Origin: Christensenellaceae bacterium
Lineage (GTDB): Bacteria; Bacillota; Clostridia; Christensenellales; Borkfalkiaceae
DNA length: 64,000 bases
Reading direction: 5' to 3'
NCBI GenBank assembly: GCA_051884215.1
Contig: JBJEVF010000007.1
Span: forward strand, 10,497 to 74,496
Translations under genes and position numbers: made by a program
The notes under the pieces: model-generated
Seen by the model: only the letters and a program-made list of their open reading frames with translations
Told to the model about the DNA's origin: nothing
Databases searched by the model: none
Shown here: piece by piece, positions 10,064 to 18,030 of the stretch
Numbering within the stretch: the stretch's first letter is position 1
How the letters are laid out: the number at the start of each line of letters is the position of its first letter

Positions 10064-11197
10064 ATGTTTAAGAATGCAGTAGCTGTTTTGGATATACGTT
10101 CATCGAGCGTAACTGCTTTGATCGGCGAAAGATCCGTCAACAATAATTTTACCATTCGCGCAATCTGCGAGCGTTTTCACGAAGGTTATTGTAAAGACGG
10201 TTTTCTGGACTTGCAATCAACCCGAAAGGCTGTTTGCGAAGCCGTCGACAACGTTCTCAGGATTGCCAACGTTACTCTCAACGAAATTTTCGTCGGCGTA
10301 CCCGACGCTTTTACAGTAATACGCAACGCCAATTCAAAATACGTTTTAAACAGAAAGCGCAGAATAGGCGATAAAGATATAGAGAGTTTTTTGTCGTTGA
10401 GACAGCCTGAAATCAACGTTGAAGGTTATTGCGTCGTAGATAAATCGTGGGTAAATTGTTTCATTGACGCAAACAACAGAGTTTATACGCCGTATAAACA
10501 GGTTTCCACTTCAATTTCCGGTTATCTTACTTATTATCTGGCAGATGAGAGATATTTGAATTTTGTTAAAGAATGTCTTGCCCGTTACAAGATAAAATCC
10601 GTCGTCTTTATTCCTTCGGTTATAGCTGAATCGAAGTTTCTTTTCACCAGAGAAGAACGCTACTCGTACGAAATTCTGTTGGACGTAGGTTATATCTCGT
10701 CGTCGCTTTCAATCTTGATGGGCGACGGGGTTTTAGCTCACTTTTCCTTCGATACGGGTATCGGCTTTCTGACGGCTTACCTTGCGCAAAGGATAAATAT
10801 CGATTTCTGCGTCGCCGAGCTGCTTACTAAAAAACTCAATTTGAGTCTTAGCCGAAGCGACGGAAGCTACAACGTATTTTACGAAGGAAAGGGGTATAGC
10901 TTCAATATCGAATCGGTCAACGAAATCTGCAAAGAGTTTTTAAGCGAGCTTTGCGAGTCGATTGATAATGCGATTACCGATAGCAGAGTACGGTTGCCGA
11001 ATAAAAATATTTGCATATCCTTAACGGGCGGCGGACTATCCGATATTCGCGGAGCAATGGAATTTATGTCCTCCGTTCTCGAAATGAGAATCAATCTCGT
11101 TGCGCCGTCAGTCCCGTTTATGAATAAACCGGAAGAATCTTCAAAGCTGTCGCTTCTCGATTACGCTTTGAATTACAAAAACAAATACAGAAAATAA
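10064..11197 (+). CDS. ftsA: FtsA-like actin-fold cell division protein (divergent nucleotide-binding loops)
   Basis: It lies immediately upstream of ftsZ. Phosphate-1-like VLDIRSSSVTALIGE and adenosine motif LTGGGLSDIRG are present. The phosphate-2 loop reads LDVGYISSS instead of DxGGGTT. Confidence 0.75.
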   Translation: MFKNAVAVLDIRSSSVTALIGERSVNNNFTIRAICERFHEGYCKDGFLDLQSTRKAVCEAVDNVLRIANVTLNEIFVGVPDAFTVIRNANSKYVLNRKRRIGDKDIESFLSLRQPEINVEGYCVVDKSWVNCFIDANNRVYTPYKQVSTSISGYLTYYLADERYLNFVKECLARYKIKSVVFIPSVIAESKFLFTREERYSYEILLDVGYISSSLSILMGDGVLAHFSFDTGIGFLTAYLAQRINIDFCVAELLTKKLNLSLSRSDGSYNVFYEGKGYSFNIESVNEICKEFLSELCESIDNAITDSRVRLPNKNICISLTGGGLSDIRGAMEFMSSVLEMRINLVAPSVPFMNKPEESSKLSLLDYALNYKNKYRK

Positions 11198-11219
11198 TGC
11201 TTATAGAGTCAGGAGATTT

Positions 11220-12530
11220 ATGTTCGATCCAAGAGAATTAAACGTTTGCAAGATAAAAGTCATAGGCGTCGGCGGCGCAGGTTGTAACGCCGTCAACCGT
11301 ATGATAAGCCTTAACATCAAGAGTGCGGAATTTGCCGCTATCAATACGGACAAGCAGGCGCTTATGCTGTCGCTTTGCGATGAGGAAAACCGCATTCAGA
11401 TAGGTACGGAAACCACTCGCGGTCTCGGCGCGGGAGCCGATCCTGTTATCGGTCAGACCTCTGCCGAAGAAAGCAAGGAGATCATCGAAAAAGCCGTAGA
11501 AGGCGTCGATTTGTTGTTTATCGCTGCCGGTATGGGCGGCGGTACGGGTACGGGCGCTGCGCCGGTAGTCGCTAAAATAGCCAAGGAAAAGGGTTGTCTT
11601 ACCGTCGCCGTCGTTACGAAGCCGTTTTCTTACGAGGGCAAATACCGTGAAGAAAATGCTAAAAAGGGTATTCAGAATCTTATAAAATACGTTGATTCCA
11701 TCATTATAATACCGAATAACAAGCTGAACGAGGCTCTCCCTGCCGATACTCCGTTTGACGAAGCTTTCAGATACGCCGACGATACGTTAAGGCAGGGTAT
11801 ATGCAGTATTGCCGACCTTATCGCAACGCCTTCTACTATAAATCTCGACTTTGCGGACGTGCGTGCAATCATTAAAAACCGCGGACTTGCTCACATGGGT
11901 ATCGGCAGAGCCAAAGGCGAAAACAAAATCGTAGAAGCAGTGCGTCAGGCGGTAACGAGTCCGCTTCTCGAAACGACTATCGAGGGCGCGAGCGGCGTCA
12001 TACTTAACGTCACGGGCGGTCAGAACACTACTATCGGACAAGTTACCGAAGCCGCTCGGCTGGTTCAGCAGGTCGTTGACGAGTCGGCAAATATCATATT
12101 CGGACTCAACATAAACAAGGAGCTCGACGATGAGGTGATAATAACCCTTATCGCAACGGGATTCGATAAAAAAGCCGAAGAAGCTCAACAGGCTGACAGT
12201 GCAAGCTCGGGCTTGAACGATAACGTCGTAAACGAAAACAGAGCCTTCTCTTATACCTCTCCGCTTGAAAAAAACGGCGAGTTTGATTTTAATTATAATC
12301 AGACTTCTGTAAGCGAAAAGGTTACGGTCAACAGGTCGGACGCAGATTTTAACAATTCTGAAGGTTTCAGACCGTCTTTCGGCGAGCAGAACGCAAGGCG
12401 CGAAGAAAACTCTTATCAATCGGAGCCTTTCGACGAACGCTATTCAGATCCGGAAGCTGAAGACTTCGAAGATAAAGGCAAAGAAAAGAAGGAGCTGCCT
12501 GCTTTCGTCCGCAAGCTTTTCAAAAAATAA
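11220..12530 (+). CDS. ftsZ: Cell division GTPase FtsZ
   Basis: VIGVGGAGCNAVNRM and the tubulin signature GMGGGTGTGAAPVVA. A long acidic linker ends in the conserved tail peptide LPAFVRKLFKK. Confidence 0.97.
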   Translation: MFDPRELNVCKIKVIGVGGAGCNAVNRMISLNIKSAEFAAINTDKQALMLSLCDEENRIQIGTETTRGLGAGADPVIGQTSAEESKEIIEKAVEGVDLLFIAAGMGGGTGTGAAPVVAKIAKEKGCLTVAVVTKPFSYEGKYREENAKKGIQNLIKYVDSIIIIPNNKLNEALPADTPFDEAFRYADDTLRQGICSIADLIATPSTINLDFADVRAIIKNRGLAHMGIGRAKGENKIVEAVRQAVTSPLLETTIEGASGVILNVTGGQNTTIGQVTEAARLVQQVVDESANIIFGLNINKELDDEVIITLIATGFDKKAEEAQQADSASSGLNDNVVNENRAFSYTSPLEKNGEFDFNYNQTSVSEKVTVNRSDADFNNSEGFRPSFGEQNARREENSYQSEPFDERYSDPEAEDFEDKGKEKKELPAFVRKLFKK

Positions 12531-12546
12531 GAAAAACGCAAAAAAT

Positions 12547-12590
12547 AAGTGACTTGACAGATATTTTCTGAAAAGTCACTTTTTAATTTA
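12547..12590. terminator. Bidirectional intrinsic terminator between convergent ftsZ and typA
   Basis: 9-bp stem AAGTGACTT (12547-12555) / AAGTCACTT (12573-12581), flanked by an A-run upstream and a T-run downstream. Confidence 0.6.
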
Positions 12591-14408
12591 TTATTTTCTC
12601 GATTTTGCCCATTCTTTCATTCTTTGCTCTTTTGAAAGAACGATTTTTCTGAGTCTTATCGACTTAGGCGTAAGCTCGACGAGCTCATCGTCGGCAATAA
12701 ATTCCATACATTGTTCAAGACTGAGTATCGTAGGGGATACGAGCTTTAAAGCTTCGTCGCTGCCGCTTGCACGGCTGTTGGTCAGATGCTTTGTTTTGCA
12801 GACGTTTACGACAAGGTCGTCTTCCCTTGAATTTTCTCCGACAATCATACCTTCGTAAACGTTGAGACCGGGGGATACGAACAGGGTGCAACGCTCCTGT
12901 GCGTTGAATAAGCCGTATTGCGTCGTAACGCCCGTTTCGTGGCAGACGAGACTTCCTCTCGTGCGCTCCGAAATATCGCCTTTATAAGGCTCGTAGCCTG
13001 CAAAAACGTGGTTCATAACGCCAAAACCTTTCGTGTCGGTAAGCATTTCGCTTCTGTAACCGATAAGGCATCTTGACGGAATGGAAAATTCGAGCTTGGT
13101 TTCGCCGCTGTTTGTGGGCGACATATTTTTCAATTCGCCCTTTCTTGCGCCGATTTTGTTCATTACCGCGCCAACGTATTCTTCGGGCACTTCGATAACG
13201 AGATCTTCCATCGGTTCGCAACACTTGCCGTCGATTTCTTTATAGATAACCTTTGGTCTCGAAACCTGGAATTCATAGCCTTCGCGGCGCATATTTTCAA
13301 TGAGTATCGAAAGGTGAAGCTCGCCTCTGCCGTATACTTTGAAGGTATCTGCCGTTTCGGTTTCTTCGACCTTCATACTGACGTTAGTTTCGACCTCCTT
13401 GAACAGTCTTGCCCTTAAATGACGTGAGGTGACGAATTTGCCTTCCTTTCCTGCGAAAGGCGAGTTGTTTACCATAAACAGCATTGAGATCGTAGGTTCG
13501 TCTATAGCGACAAACGGCAAAGCTTCTGGTTTTGATTGATCGCAGACCGTTTCGCCGATATTGATTTTTTCACTGCCGTTAATTGCTACTATGTCGCCGA
13601 TGGCGCCTGAGGTTACTTCAACTCTTTTTAAGCCTTCGTATTGATAAAGTCTTGCGATTTTTTCCTGAGCAAAGGTTCCGTCGGTTCGGCAAATGGTGAC
13701 CATCTGACCTTGCTTGATTTTACCTCTAACGATTTTACCGATACCGATTCTGCCGACGTATTCGTCGTAATCGACGTTGCATATCATAAGCTGTAACGGC
13801 TCGTCGATTTCTCCCTGCGGGGCAGGTATTTCAGATAAAATAGTGTCGAAAAGCGCGTTCATATTTTCACGCGGTTTGCTTAAATCGTCGACAGCCCAGC
13901 CTTGCTTTGCGCTTGCGTAAATCGTTTTGAAATCGAGCTGATTGTCGTTTGCACCGAGGTCGAGAAACAGTTCGATAATTCCGTCGAGCGTGCTTTCCAC
14001 GTCGCCGCCTTTATCGATTTTATTGATTACGACTATGGGTTTTTTGTTAAGGCTCAACGCCTTTTTAAGGACGTATCTCGTCTGCGGCATACATCCTTCT
14101 ACGGCGTCAACCAAAAGCAGAACGCCGTCTACCATAGATAATATACGCTCGACTTCGCCGCCGAAATCTGCGTGTCCCGGGGTGTCGATAATATTGATCT
14201 TTACGCCGTTATAATGAACGGACGTGTTTTTTGCCAAAATAGTAATGCCTCTTTCACGTTCGATGTCGTTAGAGTCCATAACTCTTTCCTGAACGACTTC
14301 GTTTTCACGGAATATGTGACTCTGTCTCAAAAGCTGATCGACGAGAGTGGTTTTGCCGTGGTCGACGTGGGCGATAATTGCGATATTTCTAACATCTTCT
14401 CTTAACAT
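12591..14408 (-). CDS. typA: Translational GTPase TypA/BipA
   Basis: [24 protein letters not shown] and NKID G-motifs, EF-G-like domains, about 605 aa. Start set at ATG 14408 ([15 protein letters not shown]). The longer ORF-track start at 14468 is rejected. Confidence 0.95.
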   Translation of the reverse strand: MLREDVRNIAIIAHVDHGKTTLVDQLLRQSHIFRENEVVQERVMDSNDIERERGITILAKNTSVHYNGVKINIIDTPGHADFGGEVERILSMVDGVLLLVDAVEGCMPQTRYVLKKALSLNKKPIVVINKIDKGGDVESTLDGIIELFLDLGANDNQLDFKTIYASAKQGWAVDDLSKPRENMNALFDTILSEIPAPQGEIDEPLQLMICNVDYDEYVGRIGIGKIVRGKIKQGQMVTICRTDGTFAQEKIARLYQYEGLKRVEVTSGAIGDIVAINGSEKINIGETVCDQSKPEALPFVAIDEPTISMLFMVNNSPFAGKEGKFVTSRHLRARLFKEVETNVSMKVEETETADTFKVYGRGELHLSILIENMRREGYEFQVSRPKVIYKEIDGKCCEPMEDLVIEVPEEYVGAVMNKIGARKGELKNMSPTNSGETKLEFSIPSRCLIGYRSEMLTDTKGFGVMNHVFAGYEPYKGDISERTRGSLVCHETGVTTQYGLFNAQERCTLFVSPGLNVYEGMIVGENSREDDLVVNVCKTKHLTNSRASGSDEALKLVSPTILSLEQCMEFIADDELVELTPKSIRLRKIVLSKEQRMKEWAKSRK

Positions 14409-14429
14409 AACATCTCCTGTAACCCGAAA

Positions 14430-14458
14430 ATTATAAAACTTAGTCGGAATTTTGTCAA
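14430..14458 (-). promoter_or_regulatory. Sigma-A-type promoter of typA (TTGACA-17-TATAAT)
   Basis: Minus strand carries TTGACA (14458-14453), a 17-nt spacer and TATAAT (14435-14430), about 20 nt upstream of the typA ATG. Confidence 0.7.
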
Positions 14459-14530
14459 ATATAATCACAGCCTTTTTAAAGCTGAACTATAACTAAATAC
14501 GGTTTTACTCGAAAAAGGCTGTTGAAAATT

Positions 14531-15118
14531 TTAATTGTGTTTTTTGTAAACGAGTTTTCTGACTCTTATTCCTATTATGGCAGCTAAAGCGCATTTTAAA
14601 ATATCAAACGGAATAAACGGGAAAACGCAGACCGAAAGACTGGATATATAAGACGTGTTTCTCGTGAGCGAAAAATGCAACGTGCCAATAATATACAGCA
14701 CGGTAACTCCGGCTAAACAGTATAAAAACGTTAAAAACGTAAGAAGAACCGTGTTGCGAATTCGCTTTTCCGTAAATTTAATGGATAAGCTTATCATAAT
14801 TGCCGTTATAGGATAGGAATAAATGTAACCGCCGGTCGGACCTAAAATCGTTCCTATGCCCGAAGCTCCCGAACTGAACACGGGCAGTCCGACGACGCCT
14901 AACAGAACGTAAGCCGTGACGGCGAATACGCTTTCTACCGGGTTTAATACGACCGCTGCCAACAATACGGCTAAAAGTCCGAGCGTGAAAGGAATCGGTC
15001 CTGCCGGGATAGCTATGACTGCAAGTACGCAAATAATAGCCGTGAACAGAGCGCTTCTCGTGACGGCTTTTACGGTATAAGCCTGTGTGGTTTTTCGTTT
15101 AGCAATCTTTTCTTTCAT
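14531..15118 (-). CDS. bioY: Biotin transporter S-component BioY
   Basis: About 195 aa with 6 TM helices. BioY-like segments IPAGPIPFTLGLLAVLLA and GPTGGYIYSYP. ATG 15118 with GAGG RBS is preferred over TTG 15130. Confidence 0.85.
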   Translation of the reverse strand: MKEKIAKRKTTQAYTVKAVTRSALFTAIICVLAVIAIPAGPIPFTLGLLAVLLAAVVLNPVESVFAVTAYVLLGVVGLPVFSSGASGIGTILGPTGGYIYSYPITAIMISLSIKFTEKRIRNTVLLTFLTFLYCLAGVTVLYIIGTLHFSLTRNTSYISSLSVCVFPFIPFDILKCALAAIIGIRVRKLVYKKHN

Positions 15119-15187
15119 AAAGTACCTCAACGTAAGATTTCACTTAAAAGAATTATTAAAAAATAGTATTAAAAAAGTTTTTTAATT

Positions 15188-15231
15188 AAATGAAAAGAAC
15201 CGCAAAACGTTCGAAGTTGTTTTACGGTTCT
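15188..15231 (-). terminator. Intrinsic terminator downstream of tRNA-Pro
   Basis: On the minus strand, AGAACCGTAAAAC / GTTTTGCGGTTCT form a stem (12 of 13 paired) followed by TTTTCATTT. Confidence 0.6.
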
Positions 15232-15234
15232 TTA

Positions 15235-15311
15235 TGGTCGAGGTGACGGGATTCGAACACGCGACCTCTTGGTCCCGAACCAAGCGCGCTACCAAACTGC
15301 GCTACACCTCG
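15235..15311 (-). tRNA. tRNA-Pro (anticodon CGG), CCA encoded
   Basis: Manual cloverleaf of the reverse complement: CGAGGTG-TA-GCGC-AGTTTGGTA-GCGC-G-CTTGG-TTCGGGA-CCAAG-AGGTC-GCGTG-TTCGAAT-CCCGT-CACCTCG-A-CCA, 77 nt. There is one U52-C62 mismatch in the T stem. Confidence 0.85.
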
Positions 15312-15324
15312 ATGAACATTAACA

Positions 15325-15353
15325 ATTATACTTAATCTTTATTTTTTTGTCAA
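15325..15353 (-). promoter_or_regulatory. Sigma-A-type promoter of tRNA-Pro (TTGACA-17-TATAAT)
   Basis: Minus strand carries TTGACA (15353-15348), a 17-nt spacer and TATAAT (15330-15325). The tRNA 5' end lies 14 nt downstream of the -10. Confidence 0.7.
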
Positions 15354-15432
15354 ATGTATCGCAATTTATTTTTAATTTTTATGTACAAAATATTTAAAAA
15401 TGACTCTATTTAAAAAAAATTACGAAAAACTA

Positions 15433-15461
15433 TTGAAAACCGGAGAAAATTATATTATTAT
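15433..15461 (+). promoter_or_regulatory. Candidate promoter for the riboswitch-symporter transcript (TTGAAA-17-TATTAT)
   Basis: TTGAAA at 15433-15438, a 17-nt spacer and TATTAT at 15456-15461, about 20 nt upstream of the riboswitch. Confidence 0.5.
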
Positions 15462-15480
15462 ATTCGTATAGCTAAACGAG

Positions 15481-15630
15481 GGTTGCAAAATTTTCAGATT
15501 GTAACCTGATAGCGCTTCAGAGAATTCCGCAAAGGATACCGAAGGGGCAAAAGCGTGGGCTTAATCTCTCAGGTAAAAGGATGAAGACTAATTTCATTTA
15601 TTCTCTGAGGGCTTAAGCTCTCGGTTTTTT
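15481..15630 (+). promoter_or_regulatory. Glycine riboswitch (single aptamer plus upstream hairpin) with intrinsic terminator expression platform
   Basis: Glycine-aptamer core ACCGAAGGGGCAA (15538-15550) and AATCTCTCAGGTAAAAGGA (15563-15581). P1 is CTTCA (15515-19) / TGAAG (15582-86). Small hairpins TCC-GCAAA-GGA and AAGC-GTGG-GCTT. Upstream hairpin GGTTGCAA/TTGTAACC (15481-15506). Terminator at 15604-15630. Confidence 0.8.
15604..15630 (+). terminator. Riboswitch-associated intrinsic terminator
   Basis: CTGAGGGC-TTAA-GCTCTCGG forms an 8-bp stem with 2 G-U pairs, followed by TTTTTTT, 16 nt before the symporter ATG. Confidence 0.7.
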
Positions 15631-15645
15631 TATTGTAGGAGGTTT

Positions 15646-17154
15646 ATGAACGTTTTACTGAAAATCATTTCTTTTATCAACGACAACATTTTATGGGGCG
15701 TGCCTATGATTTTAGCGATTTTCGGCACGGGGTTGTTTATTTCGATTCGAACCAAATTTTTGCAGGTCAGGCGTTTCAAGGCTTCTGTTTCAACTACGAT
15801 AGTTCCTACCGTCAAATCTATCGGAAAGAAAAAGAAGTATGACGGAAATAAAAAAACCGTCTCTCAATTCGAAGCTTTTTCCGCCGCTATTTCGGGAACG
15901 GTAGGCACGGGCAATATCGTAGGAGTTGCTACCGCGCTTTTATCAGGCGGACCGGGAGCTATCTTCTGGATGTGGTTTTCTGCGTTTTTCGGACTCGTTA
16001 CAAATTACTCTGAAAACGTTTTAGGTATTTATTTCAGGAAGAAAAACAAAAACGGCGAAATGAGCGGCGGACCGATGTACTATTTATCGGAAGGCTTAAA
16101 TCTCAAATGGTTGGCTTTAATTTTTGCCGCCTGTTGTTCGCTTGCGGCAGTCGGTATGGGAATGGTGCAGTCAAATTCCATTTCAGGCACTATTCAAAAC
16201 GCCGTTACGGTCGGAAACGATAAAATAATTGCCGTAGTCGTAGGCGTTATAGTTGCCGTTTTTACGTCGCTTATAGTTATAGGCGGTATCAAGCGAATTG
16301 GCAAAGTCGCTTCGCTTTTAGTGCCGTTTATGGCTCTGTTGTTCATTATAATGGCGGTAATCATTATAGTTATGAATATAACAGCCGTTCCGCAAGCCGT
16401 GAAACTGATTTTTGTAAACGCTTTTTCGTTTAAGTCTGTAAGCGGCGGATTTTTAGGATATATGATTTCAACGGCTATGCGCTACGGTTTTGCAAGGGGA
16501 ATTTTCTCTAACGAAGCAGGCTTGGGTTCGTCTGTCATAGCTCACTCCGCAAGCGATACGAAGGAGCCGGTCGAGCAAGGCTTATGGGGTATATTCGAAG
16601 TATTCTTCGATACTTTTATTATCTGTACTTTAACGGCTTTAACCATTCTGACCGTATTTATAAAAAGCGGAAACATAGATTTTACCGATATATCGCAAAA
16701 CGTCGATATTGCAGGGGCTGCGCTTTCTCAGGGTGCGTTTACCGCTTCCTTCGGCTCGTTCGGAACGGTTGTGTTTTCCGTTATCTTGCCGTTGTTTGCG
16801 TTGACTACGATTCTCGCATGGGCGTACTACGGCGAAAAGTCTGTCGAATTCGTGTTCGGTGAAAAATACGGCAGAGCGTCCGCTACCGTTTTCAAAGTGC
16901 TTTACATAATTTTATTGGTGGTCGGGGCTGTGGTCGAATCAAAACTCGTATGGTCGCTTGACGATATGTTCAACGCTCTGATGGCTGTTCCCAACCTTAT
17001 AGGTCTTATACTTTTAAGCGGACTCATCGTCAGGATCTCAAAGAATTATTTCGATAGAAAAAACGGCGCGTCCGTTGAGCCGATGCTTTCGTTTTACAAA
17101 GAAGAAAACGAAAAACTGAAAGCCGAAATACAGAAAGACGCTGAAATAGAATAA
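15646..17154 (+). CDS. Sodium:alanine/glycine symporter (AGCS family)
   Basis: 502 aa and about 11 TM segments. AGCS hallmarks are SQFEAFSAAISGTVGTGNIVGVATA, GGPGAIFWMW and FSNEAGLGS. AGGAGG RBS. Confidence 0.92.
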   Translation: MNVLLKIISFINDNILWGVPMILAIFGTGLFISIRTKFLQVRRFKASVSTTIVPTVKSIGKKKKYDGNKKTVSQFEAFSAAISGTVGTGNIVGVATALLSGGPGAIFWMWFSAFFGLVTNYSENVLGIYFRKKNKNGEMSGGPMYYLSEGLNLKWLALIFAACCSLAAVGMGMVQSNSISGTIQNAVTVGNDKIIAVVVGVIVAVFTSLIVIGGIKRIGKVASLLVPFMALLFIIMAVIIIVMNITAVPQAVKLIFVNAFSFKSVSGGFLGYMISTAMRYGFARGIFSNEAGLGSSVIAHSASDTKEPVEQGLWGIFEVFFDTFIICTLTALTILTVFIKSGNIDFTDISQNVDIAGAALSQGAFTASFGSFGTVVFSVILPLFALTTILAWAYYGEKSVEFVFGEKYGRASATVFKVLYIILLVVGAVVESKLVWSLDDMFNALMAVPNLIGLILLSGLIVRISKNYFDRKNGASVEPMLSFYKEENEKLKAEIQKDAEIE

Positions 17155-17274
17155 TTTTTAAAATCGCTTGTAATTACAGAGATTTTTAATATTTTTATGT
17201 TAGACATAATTTTTTAAACAGCTTAATTTTTACCGTTTAGTCAATTTAAAAAAACCAACGGCATAAAATAAAAT

Positions 17275-17877
17275 ATGCGACAAAAAGTTAAGTATAAAAC
17301 ACTGGTTATACTGTTCGTCATAGTTGTTGCGATTGTTTTTCAGTATAAGAATTCAGTCAGATTTTTAGAGAAAAAAGCTACGGTGGATTTCCAAAGCGTG
17401 CTTACTCAAAGCGTTTACTTAACGATAGAAAAAAATCTTGAAAAGGATTTGGTGTCGCAGGTGGTGAAGCTTAGCTACAATTCAAACGGCGATATAGTGT
17501 TCGTCTCGACCGATTCGTTCATTACGGGTGTTTTATCATATAAAATTTCCAACGATACTTTGAAATATCTCAACGATTATTGCAATGGCGGAGTCAGTAT
17601 CCCGATAGGCGCGTTTACGGGAATAAGTCTGTTGAGCGGTTACGGTAAAAACGTGAATATGAAAATTGTATCCGTATCTTCGGTTAAGTGTGATTTTGAA
17701 ACCAAATTCGAATCGGCCGGTATAAATCAGACGAGACAGATAATGTTTATCAACGTAGTGCCGGATATAACCGTCGTTATGCCGTTTTATCAAAAACAGA
17801 CTACCTGTTCCATATCGATGCTCGTATATGATAACGTGATAGTAGGTAAGGTCCCCGAAATTTATCTTAATTCTTAA
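17275..17877 (+). CDS. yunB: Sporulation protein YunB homologue
   Basis: N-terminal TM helix. The C-terminal region (IPIGAFTGISLLSGYGKNVNMKI...SAGINQT...VIVGKVPEIY) is collinear by eye with B. subtilis YunB (IPLGQVTGNSLLGNLGPKIPV...YGINNA...VQGEVPQFY). Confidence 0.75.
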   Translation: MRQKVKYKTLVILFVIVVAIVFQYKNSVRFLEKKATVDFQSVLTQSVYLTIEKNLEKDLVSQVVKLSYNSNGDIVFVSTDSFITGVLSYKISNDTLKYLNDYCNGGVSIPIGAFTGISLLSGYGKNVNMKIVSVSSVKCDFETKFESAGINQTRQIMFINVVPDITVVMPFYQKQTTCSISMLVYDNVIVGKVPEIYLNS

Positions 17878-17921
17878 TTCAGCGTTTCTTATTTCCTTGA
17901 AAAATCCGTTTTAAAATTTAA

Positions 17922-17959
17922 GATGCGATTGAGCATTTTTGCTTAATTGCGTCTTTTTT
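17922..17959 (+). terminator. Intrinsic terminator after yunB
   Basis: GATGCGATTGAGC / GCTTAATTGCGTC form a 13-bp stem (3 G-U pairs) followed by TTTTTT. Confidence 0.65.
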
Positions 17960-17961
17960 CT

Positions 17962-17990
17962 TTGACTTAAATTACTTTATTATATATAAT
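17962..17990 (+). promoter_or_regulatory. Sigma-A-type promoter of pheST (TTGACT-17-TATAAT)
   Basis: TTGACT at 17962-17967, a 17-nt spacer and TATAAT at 17985-17990. This leaves only about 35 nt of leader before the pheS ATG. Confidence 0.7.
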
Positions 17991-18030
17991 TATATATAAA
18001 AATATTTGGCACAGCCATTCAGAGGATGTT

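Noticed and set aside
11787-12419. 210-aa ORF antisense to ftsZ
   Set aside because: It lies entirely within the ftsZ coding region and has no RBS or family resemblance. The composition is typical of the reverse frame of a GAA/GAT/AAA-rich gene.
15131-15234. BirA operator upstream of bioY
   Set aside because: I found no palindrome resembling a BirA box (TGT.AAC..GTT.ACA type). The only dyad is the tRNA-Pro terminator.
17880-18030. Expected T-box leader upstream of pheS (and of asnS at 57436-57541)
   Set aside because: I looked for a specifier hairpin and a T-box sequence. The regions contain only a terminator and a promoter with short leaders, so no T-box is present.
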